Assembly (NCBI RefSeq): GCF_000497125.1
Contig: NC_090601.1
Span: forward strand, 930,001 to 994,000
Origin: Spironucleus salmonicida
Taxonomy: Eukaryota
Length of the DNA stretch: 64,000 nt
Reading direction: 5' to 3'
Under the pieces are notes generated by a model. That model ran no database searches. It saw only the letters and a program-made list of their open reading frames with translations, and had not been told where the DNA came from. This document shows, piece after piece, positions 51,953 through 64,000 of this stretch. The position numbers were made by a program, and so were the translations under genes. How positions within the stretch are numbered: position 1 is the stretch's first letter; each line of letters opens with the position of its first letter.

Positions 51953-53497
51953 TCACTTTCCTTTCTTCGCTTTGCCCTCTTTAAGCTCGAGTTTCCTTCT
52001 GATTAGCTTTTCCCTCTCTAATTTTTCCTGCTTCTCCTTGATCATGATTTTGTCGTACAGCTCTCTCTTGTTCTTGCTCAGTCCTGCTCTGATCATCCTC
52101 TCGTTGTCGTCCAGCTCCAGGTCCTGTTTTCTGTCGAAAAACGCGAAATTCGTGTCAGTTTCCCGCTCTTCGATTGAATCGCTGGTCTCCTCGTCTGCTT
52201 TCTCCAGTTTGACCGACTGCCCTATGATGCCGGTTTTCTCGGGTTTGGCCTCTTGTTTCGTCTCCGGAAGTAAGATTTCTGGTCGAGTTTTCTCTACAAA
52301 TTGGTTATAGTAGTTTACCAGCTCTTTCAAGCGGTCTGGAATGTAGTCTTCGCCAGTAAGACCCTCTATAGAGGTGAAATCGAATTCAAATGGACTTAAA
52401 TGAGGTGGGAGTTCGTTACCTGGAGCAAATTCACTGGAAGGCAGCAAGCATCCTAAATTGAAGCTGTCAAAAACAAATTGTGGTTAAATAATATCCTTTC
52501 CTGCATAATTAGGTTCATTTTCTATATTTTAGACGGGTCTATCAATTATGCAATGTGTTGCATCTTATACATTGTCTACCAACTCGCCGCCAGCACTTAT
52601 GATAATCAATTCTAAAATTTTAGAAGGAGTTTCTCTACTTAAATGGAATCTTAAATTTTTAAACACAATTTACTGGAGAAAATCTTTATTTTATGCTCTG
52701 TAAGTCTGTTTATCGCTTTCTGGTGGATATTTTATGCCTATTTCACTATAAAGTCTGAAGTTCACAAACTTTAATAATTCTGCATAAAACTCTATGAAAT
52801 TACATAAAACCGAGGTTTCAACACTATCAGGTGGGTTTGCTGAAGTCCTATGTGGTTCTAACCATGTAATAACTTAGTTGTGAACAGCAGCTTAAAAATA
52901 AAATCCTTTAACAGAAATGAAAGTTTTTAGTAGAGAATTAGTGCATGAGATATAATTATCAAACTCTGTACGTAATTTAGTACATGTTTCGGTAAGCTAT
53001 GGTGTAAAAAAGGAAGTTGAAGATCCAGTACATAAGGAAATTAATGATAAGCAATCATCCAAGTCAGCTAATGCCAACTAAAATGTTGGATAACGTGAGA
53101 GAATCAGCGAAGAATAGTCTGCTGAAGGTTTAGTTAAACGATGGAACTTTAACTATTCATAAAGCTTTTATTGTTTCAAAGAAATAGCTCTTTTCTTATA
53201 AGCTTTCTCGGATCTTAATGTTTCTAAAAGGTTACTTCTAGAAAGCTGTTTGATATCTGCCTTAAGATAATATGCAACGTTACCAGCAAACTGATTACCA
53301 GGTGTACGAGGAAATACTCCAGAAATTATACAAAGCCTACGGAATTCGCTAGCAGTACATTACAGATACTTAATTGCTTTATTACGTGGAATATGAGTAT
53401 TCTCTGAAGAGTTTTTATTGAATGATTTTATTCTTTCAGTTGATGATAGCTTAGAAATACGCATTGGCTTTCCTAGCTGTGTTCTTTGGATAGGCAT
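51953..53497 (-). CDS. PES1: Pescadillo/Nop7 (60S biogenesis, BRCT domain)
   Basis: IPRNKAIKYLQCTASEFRRLCIISGVFPR, RYPTFQLALADLDDCLS, PQFVFDSFN, LPPHLSPF; 514 aa. Confidence 0.93.
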
Positions 53498-53549
53498 TAA
53501 TGGAGTGAAAAGAGAAGTGAAAACGAATACATAATTATTATACAATAAA

Positions 53550-54095
53550 TCACTAATAATTATCCTCGTTACGTTCTTCATAGTTTACACTCATATTTAG
53601 TTTAGTCACTGTTAAAAATACAAGTTTACAGCAGTTTACAAATTAATCCATCTTTAAAAAATTTCTTATAAGTCCATAATCAGCGTAAGGTTCGCTAAAA
53701 AGCAAATAAATTGCTATAACTATCATTTGGAACCATAGGCTCAGCACTACAACAAATTTTGCATGATAACTTTTATTATCATAAAATATTACAAAATAAG
53801 CTAATATATGAAAAAATTTATGTAAAATTAAGACTCGACTTTGCGTATAAAAATGTGAATACAACTCAAAATCTGCAGTTCGTAAATTACTATTAAGGAA
53901 TATTTGCATGCCAATTAGTGCGGATATCATTATGAACTGATGAATTACTTATATCAAAAACGAAAGTCTACCAACTGTGAAAGGGAATTGAAATGCATCT
54001 ATTTATTGTTAATTTAAAAATTCACCTTCCTTGTACGACTAATAATATGATCCCTCAAAAGAGTTATTGCGTTTTGATTCATTTATTTTTGACAT
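53550..54095 (-). CDS. Multi-pass membrane protein, AT-rich paralogue of 51356..51889
   Basis: HQFIMISALIGMQIFLN...FELYSHFYTQSRVLILHKFFHIL; TAGTGA stop. Confidence 0.75.
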
Positions 54096-54360
54096 TTTTA
54101 ATATAGCTTTATTATATAATAATAATTAAAATATATAGTGAAGTGGGATGCAATCGGCCATTATGATCGATCTGTAATTTAGTATGATATATCTGTGTTT
54201 GAAGTTTGATATGAGTATAAATGTTAATATCTGATAAAATTGTAGAATTCATCTTTTTATAGTTAAAAAACATCATAATTATAGTAAAATAAACATAAAT
54301 TTATGTATCCCATTATAATATTAGATATTTTAAACTTCTGTAAACGATTGATATTTACAA

Positions 54361-54430
<70 letters not shown>
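54361..54430. repeat. (TAT)n microsatellite
   Basis: About 23 perfect trinucleotide units. Confidence 0.95.
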
Positions 54431-54692
54431 GATAATGAAGGAAACTCCGTTTCAAGCTAATACTATGTTTAAGATCATGATATTTTATATAGATCATACT
54501 ATATTTCAAATTTAGCTAATTATTATCTTTAATGTTAATTTCTGATTTTAAAAAATAATACTAAAATACAAATCAATAATTTTCTAGTATAAAATTATTA
54601 GTATTGTCGAAGTAGTATTTATAAAGTTATACTGTTCAGTTTTATGAAGAAAACATCTTTGAGTATAATTATTTTACAATAATTAGAATATT

Positions 54693-55238
54693 TCACTTGA
54701 TTTAATTCAGTAATTATTAGATTTAACTGTCATATTAATATTCTTTTAAATTCTTGTTAGTAGTCGGTTAGATTGGTAAAATTTAAGTGTTCGATCGTTG
54801 CTTTGCTTCTTTGGAACTTTCACTATCTCCTTCCATTGTTTTCCTTCTTAAAGTTTAGTTTATTCTATTAGCCACTCTCTAAAATGCAAAATGAGGTATC
54901 TCTTTTTTAAGCTTTAGCTTGATTGCTTTTTCGCATAATATAACTTTTTCTAAACTTATATGTCCAGGGAATTGTTCAAACCAAGCTGAAATTACACCTA
55001 AATCTTATTGAGAATATTCATTATATAATGTTTTAAGTGTTTACTTAACAAAATAATATGTATTTGCACGATTTTCTTATAATATTTCCGCAGTCTAAAC
55101 TATAATTTCAGTATGAGATAAACATAACTGTTGAAGCTGTTTAAGATTTGTTCTTAATTCTTCTTCATTTTAGTTAGGTATAATTGACATAGTAATAGAT
55201 ATTAGCATATCAAGCTTTGATTTTTATTTTGGATTCAT
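54693..55238 (-). CDS. Hypothetical protein (~181 aa)
   Basis: MNPKQKSKLDMLISI... open to AAGTGA. Confidence 0.6.
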
Positions 55239-57315
55239 TTATGGTTATTTAGCTGAGATGGAAAAATAAATACGTTAAAAGTCAGCTCCTACTTATATAC
55301 TAAATTACAAGTTAATAAAGATTTTCGTTGATTATATAGTTATTAAAGTTTTAATATTATCGATTACTAATTCATTAAATCATTTTAGTTTATAAAAATA
55401 AGTTGAAAAGCATAAATATACCAAAATAATTTTACTAACCTTTAATACAATAATAATTTGATTTATTCATAATTTTTTGCGTTTCAAATATGCGTATTAT
55501 TAAAGCTTAAGAACAATAATCATCTACTTTTTCATATAGTTTACATTTTTTTGTATTAAAGCAGTCATTATTTACACTGCAATGATTTTTAATGTTAAAA
55601 TAACAAATAAATTATAGTAAGAAAAACGGTTGTAAGGTTTAATAGTTTACTATACATAGAATGCAAATAATTTATATACATTAGAAACATATTACATAAG
55701 TAATGAAAATTTATGAGTAAAAAAATTGATTAGTTTAAATTACGAATGTATATATAACATCTTAACAAATATAAATAAACTTATTGATGATATTTCTGTT
55801 GTTATTCATGATTCTATACCTTAGAGTTATAAATTTCTTTACCAGCATTGAAGAAGTTAAGTATATATAGTTACTAACAATATTTTATCATGGGAAGCAT
55901 ACATTATATTTGAAATGCTATATGATAAATATAATAAATGAATACGTTAAAAATAATAGAGTATATTTATTGATACGTCAATCTGATTATGAATTAATTT
56001 TATAGAAATAATATTAAGCTATTTAAATTTTACTAGTTATTATTAAAGCTTTATTTACTGATTCATTGAGAATGCAATGATTGTAAATTTCCTAAATTTT
56101 TACCTAGTGGTTAATATAATGATTAATAAACAGGGGTAGTATCACATTTTCTTTAATATTATTTTGATGATATTTAGTAAATATTCATCGTTATATCAGA
56201 AAAATCAAATGAAACTGTCAAACTCAAATATCCATAGTAGTAATATTCTTGTTGAATATACATACTAATATAAATTTACTTATAATTTTTATGACTAATA
56301 TTATAATGTAATTAAAGAGTTATCAGATATGCTATTTAATGTTATTCATTTTCTTAAATTAATATCTACAGTAACAGAAAAAAGTAAAGTATTTATGGAT
56401 ATAAAGAAAATATCGAACAACTGTATAGTCTCTGAGAAACTAACCATTTATATAATATATTAAATAGCTTGAGTAGTTTCTAATTATGCATTAAAAATGG
56501 GAGCTGAAATTCAAAGAGTAAAAGATTCTATTGATTATGCAAATAACTTAAAGCCGCTTGAAGAGATATAATTATCATCATAAGTATGTGATTCCATATA
56601 GACATTAGCATCATATGAAGTGATGACCTTGTAACATGCATCTTCGTTTATAATCGAATTCTCAGACTGTCCAGACCGAATAGAAATGGATATATCTTGC
56701 ATATAAGACATTATATGATTAATTGTGGTTAATAGGAAAGTTGTTTTATTAAATGAGAAGCATGATCTTGATAAAACTCTATCAAAGTTAGTTGTTTTTA
56801 TTTCTACATTTACTATATAAGGTTTAATTTTTAGCTATATTGAAATCCTAATTATGCATTTAAGAATTCCTGCAGTATAAATCATAATAAAATTTATACA
56901 ATATAATGTAGTTAATAATTTTAAATATATATTGCACTTAAGTTTATACAAAAATTAGACTAAATAATTTGTATTAATGACTAATAATATTTATACTCGA
57001 GTTATCAAATAAATATACTAAATTGAATCAATTTGGCATTGAGATTTTTAATTTTCGAGATAAACTTTACAGTAAAGTGATAGAATGATATGGTACTAAT
57101 AATATCAAAATGCTTTCATTTTATATAATTTAATTTTATAATATAATGCATGTTATATTTATAATAATAATTATTTTAAAAATATTAAAATTTATAATAA
57201 CTCGTAGGAAACAGATTTAACCATTGATAACTCTGAATATAAAAATCAAACTAAAATAAACCACGTAATATTAATGAATATATATTTTCACTAGCTAAAA
57301 TAAATATCATAGTTT

Positions 57316-57858
57316 TCACTTCTAGAATCTGTCATTAATTCCTTGCAATCTCATGTACACTTTACTGGCATCACTACCTAATATTAAATCACAAATAGCT
57401 CCTCTAGCACACTTAACACATTACGGTGTTCCTAGTACACTGATTTTTTTACCCATGATAACAATTCTAGTTTTGGTTGCATTTTCAATTGTATTTTTTA
57501 CTTTACCTCCCTGCCCTGCAATTCTACCTAATGCACGTTCTAAAGAATCACCTTTTAAAGAAATTTTAACGTCACCAGGTTCGAAAGATTCGATAAAAAC
57601 GTCATCAAAAGATAGCAATGCTGCAGCATCTGGTGCCATAAATCCTTGATTAATCGCTTCTATATATTATTTAGATCGCTCTATTGACTTTGGATCCTCC
57701 GTTTTATCATTTGTTCGAATTTCAACACACTTAAGTTGAAAATTGAAACGAATATCTAAATGCATTGTAGTTATTTTTGTTGCGATATCTTTCCATTAGC
57801 GTTTTAAAGCTGAAATACGATTTGGTGCAATAGGAACTTGTATAAATTGCATGGACAT
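57316..57858 (-). CDS. PNO1: KH-domain pre-rRNA processing protein PNO1/Dim2
   Basis: VPIAPNRISALKRQW, LKGDSLERALGRIAGQGGKVKNTIENATKTRIVI, ARGAICDLILGS. Confidence 0.93.
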
Positions 57859-58398
57859 TTTTAGGAGTGGTTGGTGAAACGAAAAATAGTTATTATATTA
57901 TAAATATTTAATATAAGTTGTAGTAATGAAGGTTATTTTTTCTTATATGTACGGATAAGGCAACAGCTTACTCTTAAAAACCATTAAATTTTAGTATTTT
58001 GTATCTTTATTTAAATATTTTTAAATCTAAGCCAAATTTATAAGGCAACTATTGATAAATTTTAACATTTACATTAAAATTAATTTATGTGTATTCTAAA
58101 TAATTTCCTTATATATTATGACAATAAATTCACATTGTCTTTAACTCACTGACTGCTACAATAGATAGAACCCCCCCACTAGCTGCTGAACTGATCATTC
58201 TTTCTAGAATAACAAGCACTCAAAGAAAAATCAAATTTTTCAAAATAATATGATTATAATTCTAAATTTCAATTATTAACTTTATTTGATTTTTAGTATG
58301 TTTTAAGTTATCTATTATGAAGTTTATTATAAAAAACTATCTATTACTAAATCCTAAATAATAATTATATAAAATACATATACTTTCTTTTTGTATAA

Positions 58399-59151
58399 AT
58401 GTCAATTAAAATTCTTGCGAACTGTGTTGGCTGCCAAGCTTGCTACAATATTTGCCCAACGAAAGCGTTTTAGTTCATAGATAAAATGCCTATTTTTGCC
58501 AGACCTGATTCTTGCATGAGCTGTGGCCATTGCTACGCAATTTGCCCTGTTGGGGCTATCACCATTTTCGACAAAGAGCCTGATTCTGAGCCGCTGGAGC
58601 CACCCCACACTGTTGAGGGTGCAATCAAGTTCAGGCGATCGGTCAGGCGCTTCGCCCCCTAGCCACTCCCGAAAGAGTTTATTTCGGATATTATCGACAT
58701 TACTAAGTTCTGCCCCTCAGCGCGAAACTTACGACCGATTCGCTACGTCGTTCTATCGCGTACTGCAATGGACTGCTTAGCGGAAGAAATCGCTAAATCC
58801 TGCGACAGCGCGTTTCCCGGATTGCACAAACTGCAGTCTCGGTTCGACGTGATATTCCGTGGCGCGCAGCACTGCATAGTGACGTATGCTGAAATTACCG
58901 CAGTTTCAGTTGTCTAGGATTCAGCCATTCAAATTTCTACGTTAGAGCTGTATTGCCAGAATAAAGGCATAGGATGTGTTTGGATCGGGTTTCTGACCAA
59001 AGCATGCAAAGTAAATCCGAGTCTGTTAAGGCTGATGAATCTAGACTGTGACCACGTTTAAGTACTGAGTTGCTTGGGTATTGGGATTCCCGCGATCAAA
59101 TATAAGCGATCTGTGGCTAGAAAAGATGAAATTATTACTTTTCGGGACTGA
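58399..59151 (+). CDS. Ferredoxin-nitroreductase fusion (2x[4Fe-4S] plus nitroreductase)
   Basis: CVGCQACYNICP and CMSCGHCYAICP clusters, then RRSVRRF, PSARN, GIGCVWIGF; 250 aa. Confidence 0.93.
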
Positions 59152-59207
59152 ATTTATTTTTCTTGCATTATTATATAGTAATTAATATCAAATATCTTTT
59201 CATAAAA

Positions 59208-60515
59208 ATGATAGCTATATTACTTTTTTAATCGATGGAGCAAAAATGCGATATTGCATATCAAAGTTTCCTGCTTAAATATAAGAAAGAATATTAGGAC
59301 GCTGCTAAAATTAATTTTTGCTAAAATTATAATAGCTATCTTAGATAATCTAGAAGAAATACCAATATTGTGATTACGAGTATTTTTGATACAAATTTAA
59401 CTATTCCTAGCTAAAATAAAGTTATAGCTGATCCTGCCAATTGTTAAATAGAAATTTGCTCTATAGCTAATACATTAGGTGTTATTGAATCTGGTACTCT
59501 TCCACCATAGATTGATTTGCGCACATAGGGGGTTCTTACTTTACCACTTAATTAGAAATCTTGCAAGTCATCATGGGCCTTTGCAACCAATGCACTTTTT
59601 GGAAATATTATACTCCGTAGTTAAACAACAATTGCTTAATCAGAGTTTCAGCTTCTGGCGACAGATTTAAAATTATCAGTACAATGGCTCATTTCTAATA
59701 CGTTCGGATCGTCAAAATACTGCGAATCTGGGGATTTTGCCTTTGCTCTTGCTTATTTTGTAGCTAGCCCCACCATCTTTCCAACCATTGAAGTTTCTAA
59801 AAATTACGAGTTTGATGCGCAAAATTATTAATTATTCCATGAGGAAAATAGGTATCTCACACCAAATTTAGACCCCACGAATTTTCTTTTACCATATAAC
59901 ATTACATCTGGGGCTTAAACACCTGTCATCTCCCTAATGAATAAAACCAACATGAACATAAGTCTTGCTAAGTCTTACCTTGCGAGAGGTTTTGCAGTGA
60001 TCTCAAAAATAAAGTATGATAGTAATGAGAGCACCTAGATAGCATTTGCAGGTTATGATGGTAATACTGTATTATAGAATTATGGGTGTGAAGGTACTCC
60101 TAATCATTAAGTTATTATAGTGGGGTATGGTAAATATAAAGGGATTGACGTTTGGGTTGTTCAAAATTCTTGGGGTATAGAATGGGGTTCAGAAGGTTCA
60201 TTTTATGTAGAAATAGGCAAAAATGACTTTTGTCTAGAAAATTATGCTTATACTGTCCTTCCTAAGGATTATGTAGATGCAGGAGTAGAGATTAAAAGTT
60301 AATTAAGTCCTTTTAGTGTTATTTCTGGTAAAAATGGTTTAGATAATTCTGATGGGACGTTTACGCCTTATATACCTCCACCTCCACCTGTGCATTGGAC
60401 TTATTACATTGGACCTGCATTTGGAGCATTTGGCGGCCTTATTATAATACTGGTTATTATTTATATAATATCGAAGAGGTTGAAGGAGAAAAGAAGTTTA
60501 CGATAATTGGTATGA
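59208..60515 (+). CDS. Papain/cathepsin L-like protein with C-terminal TM anchor; catalytic Cys replaced by Ser
   Basis: Signal peptide, LPPQIDLR, NQKSCKSSWAF, NHQVIIVGYG, WVVQNSWGIEWG, TM helix and basic tail. Confidence 0.9.
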
Positions 60516-60563
60516 TCTGATTGTTTTTAACCTTATTTTTACTATCATTTTTAGTATCTACAT

Positions 60564-63500
60564 GTTCCTGGGCTGGTACCTCGCGGTTCCTGACTTGGTA
60601 CCTCGCTGCTCCTGGGCTGGTACCTCGCTGCTCCTGGGCTGGTACCTCGCGGTTCCTGACTTGGTACCTCGCTGCTCCTGGGCTGGTACCACGCTGCTCC
60701 TGGGCTGGTACCTCGCTGCTCCTGGGCTGGTACCTCGCTGCTCCTGGGCTGGTACCTCGCTGCTCCTGGGCTGGTACCTCGCTGCTCCTGGGCTGGTACC
60801 ACGCTGCTCCTGGGCTGGTACCACGCGGTTCCTGGGCTGGTACCTCGCTGCTCCTGGGCTGGTACCTCGCTGCTCCTGGGCTGGTACCTCGCTGCTCCTG
60901 GGCTGGTACCTCGCTGCTCCTGGGCTGGTACCTCGCTGCTCCTGGGCTGGTACCACGCTGCTCCTGGGCTGGTACCTCGCTGCTCCTGGGCTGGTACCTC
61001 GCTGCTCCTGGGCTGGTACCTCGCTGCTCCTGGGCTGGTACCTCGCTGCTCCTGGGCTGGTACCACGCGGTTCCTGGGCTGGTACCTCGCTGCTCCTGGG
61101 CTGGTACCTCGCGGTTCCTGACTTGGTACCTCGCTGCTCCTGGGCTGGTACCACGCGGTTCCTGAGTTGGTACCTCGCTGCTCCTGGGCTGGTACCACGC
61201 TGCTCCTGGGCTGGTACCTCGCTGCTCCTGGGCTGGTACCACGCGGTTCCTGGGCTGGTACCTCGCTGCTCCTGGGCTGGTACCACGCTGCTCCTGGGCT
61301 GGTACCTCGCTGCTCCTGGGCTGGTACCACGCGGTTCCTGGGCTGGTACCTCGCTGCTCCTGGGCTGGTACCACGCTGCTCCTGGGCTGGTACCTCGCTG
61401 CTCCTGGGCTGGTACCACGCTGCTCCTGGGCTGGTACCTCGCTGCTCCTGGGCTGGTACCACGCTGCTCCTGGGCTGGTACCTCGCTGCTCCTGGGCTGG
61501 TACCACGCGGTTCCTGGGCTGGTACCACGCTGCTCCTGGGCTGGTACCTCGCTGCTCCTGGGCTGGTACCACGCTGCTCCTGGGCTGGTACCTCGCTGCT
61601 CCTGGGCTGGTACCACGCGGTTCCTGGGCTGGTACCACGCTGCTCCTGGGCTGGTACCTCGCTGCTCCTGGGCTGGTACCACGCTGCTCCTGGGCTGGTA
61701 CCACGCTGCTCCTGGGCTGGTACCTCGCTGCTCCTGGGCTGGTACCTCGCTGCTCCTGGGCTGGTACCACGCTGCTCCTGGGCTGGTACCTCGCTGGTCT
61801 CCTGGGCTGGTACCTCGCTGCTCCTGGGCTGGTACCTCGCGGTTCCTGACTTGGTACCTCGCTGCTCCTGGGCTGGTACCTCGCTGCTCCTGGGCTGGTA
61901 CCACGCGGTTCCTGACTTGGTACCTCGCTGCTCCTGGGCTGGTACCACGCTGCTCCTGGCGGTACTCGCGTCCTGAGCTTGGTACCTCGCTGCTCCTGGG
62001 CTGGTACCACCGTCCTGGCCTCCCTGGGCTGGTACCTGTCGGCTGGTTCCTGGGCTCCTGGTGGTAACCTCGCGGTTCCTGGGCTGGTACCTCGCTGCTC
62101 CTGGGCTGGTACCTCGCTGCTCCTGGCTGGTACCTCGCGGCCTGGCTGGTACCTCGCTGCCTCCTGGGTGGTACCCTCGCTGCTCCTGGGCTGGTACCTC
62201 GCGGTTGCGAGCTGCTCCTGGGCTGGTACCCGCTGCTCCTGGGCTGGTACCTCGCTGCTCCCTCGCTGCTCCTGGGCTGGTACCTCGCTGCTCCTGGGCT
62301 GGTACCTCGCTGCTCCTGGGCTGGTACCCGCGTCTGGCTGGTACCGCTGCTCCTGGGCTGGTACCGCGGTTCCTGGGCTGGTACCACGCGTCCTGGTGTT
62401 CGCTGCTCCTGGGCTGGTGCTGCCTGGCTGGTACCTCGCTGCTCCTGGGCTGGTACCTCGCGGTTCCTGGCTGGTACCTCGCGGTTCCTGAGTTGGTACC
62501 TCGCTGCTCCTGGGCTGGTACCTCGCTGCTCCTGGGCTGGTACCTCGCTGCTCCTGGGCTTGGGTACCACGCGGTTCCTGAGTTGGTACCTCGCTGCTCC
62601 TGGGCTGGTACCTCGCGGTTCCTGACTTGGTACCTCGCTGCTCCTGGGCTGGTACCACGCGGTTCCTGAGTTGGTACCTCGCTGCTCCTGGGCTGGTACC
62701 TCGCGGTTCCTGACTGGTACCTCGCTGCTCCTGAGTTGGTACCACGCGGTTCCTGAGTTGGTACCTCGCTGCTCCTGGGCTGGTACCTCGCGGTTCCTGA
62801 CTTGGTACCTCGCTGCTCCTGGGCTGGTACCACGCGGTTCCTGAGTTGGTACCTCGCTGCTCCTGGGCTGTACCTCGCGGTTCCTGACTTGGTACTCGCT
62901 GCTCCTGGGCTGGTACTCGCTGCTCCTGGCTGGTACCACGCGGTTCCTGAGTTGGTACCTCGCTGCTCCTGGGCTGGTACCACGCTGCTCCTGGGCTGGT
63001 ACCACGCTGCTCCTGGGCTGGTACCTCGCTGCTCCTGGGCTGGTACCTCGCGGTTCCTGGCTGGTACCACGCTGCTCCTGGCTGGTACCTCGCTGCTCCT
63101 GGGCTGGTACCTCGCGGTTCCTGGGCTGGTACCACGCTGCTCCTGGGCTGGTACCTCGCTGCTCCTGGGCTGGTATCCACGCTCGTCCTGGGCTGGTACC
63201 TCGCTGCTCCTGGGCTGTACCCGCGGTTCCTGACTTGGTACCTCGCTGCTCCTGGGCTGGTACCACGCTGCTCCTGGGCTGGTACCACGCTGCTCCTGGG
63301 CTGGTACCTCGCGGTTCCTGGGCTGGTACCTTGCACCACGCTGCTCCTGGGCTGGTACCGCTGCTCCTGGCTGACCACGCGTCCTGGGCTACCTGCTTCC
63401 TGGGCTGGTACCTCGCCCTGCTTCCTGGGCTGGTACCACGCTGCTCCTGGCGCTGCTCCTACCTCGCTGCCCTGCTGGTACCTCGCGCCTGGGTACCTCG

Positions 63501-64000
63501 CTGCTCCTGGGCTGGCTGCTCCTGGCTGGTACCACGCTGCTCCTGCCTCGCTGCTCCTGGGCTGGTACCACGCTGCTCCTGGGCTGGTAACCTTCGCGGT
63601 TCCTGGGCTTGGTACCCGCTGCTCCTGGGCTGGTACCACGCTGCTCCTGGCTGGTACCGGTTCCTGGGTACCTCGCTGCTCCTGGCTACGCTGCTCCTGG
63701 GCTGGTACCTCGCGGTTCCTGACTTGGTACTCGCTGCTCCTGGCTGGTACCTCGCTGCTCTGGGCTGGTACCACGCGGTTCCTGAGTTGGTACTGCCCTG
63801 GGCTGGTACCGCTGCTCCTGGGCTGTACCACGACCTCCTGCTGGCTGCTCCTGGGTACTTCCTGAGTTGGTACCTCGCTGGGCTCCTGGCACCTCGCGGT
63901 TCCTGGTACCTCGCTGCTCCTGCTGGTACCACGCTGCTCCTGGGGTACCTCCTGCTCTGGGCTACCTCGCGGTTCCTGAGTTGGTACCTCGCTGCTCCTG
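60564..64000. repeat. 22-bp GC-rich tandem satellite (CCTCGCTGCTCCTGGGCTGGTA), runs off right edge
   Basis: Over 3.4 kb of head-to-tail units, one GGTACC per unit; regular to ~61950, then increasingly indel-ridden. Confidence 0.97.

Noticed and set aside
54303-54515. Poly-Leu ORF
   Set aside because: Produced by the (TAT)n microsatellite.
55400-57100. Possible large AT-rich gene on the plus strand
   Set aside because: Only fragmentary frames broken by TGA and no recognisable motifs; may be a decayed gene but cannot be supported.
5455-57858. Mass pseudogenisation suggested by many internal stops
   Set aside because: Explained by TAA/TAG reassignment to Gln.
60457-63932. Long ORFs (up to 1124 aa) in the terminal repeat
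   Set aside because: The 22-bp unit is not a multiple of 3 and lacks stops on the minus strand, so all frames give the same cyclic peptide; artefact of the satellite.
60564-64000. CRISPR array
   Set aside because: Units are contiguous with no unique spacers, and there are no cas genes; eukaryotic context.

Overview
Eukaryotic, gene-dense, intron-less genomic DNA from a hexamitid diplomonad (Spironucleus/Hexamita/Trepomonas type, inferred). TAA and TAG encode Gln and TGA is the only stop, so the supplied standard-code ORF track splits almost every gene. Re-read in that code, the window holds about 30 genes: eIF3i, a NEK kinase, a CXXC cysteine-rich membrane protein, a UBL-UBA protein, Rad6/UBC2, Rpt6, iPGM, Pescadillo, PNO1, a ferredoxin-nitroreductase, a Cys->Ser papain-family pseudo-protease, a frameshifted MATE-like gene, three tandem coiled-coil genes sharing an LKYxILDRA C-terminal motif (one with a 2.6 kb heptad-phased repeat) and several hypotheticals. 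It ends in a 22-bp GC-rich satellite. The most striking element is a divergently oriented pair of giant ORFs (<1..3302 minus; 12864..18464 plus, about 1866 aa). Their ~2 kb core is near-identical while the termini have diverged. By eye, that core carries an ordered series of motifs resembling bacterial SF2-helicase/Z1-domain defence proteins. All family calls come from motif recognition by eye; no searches were run.
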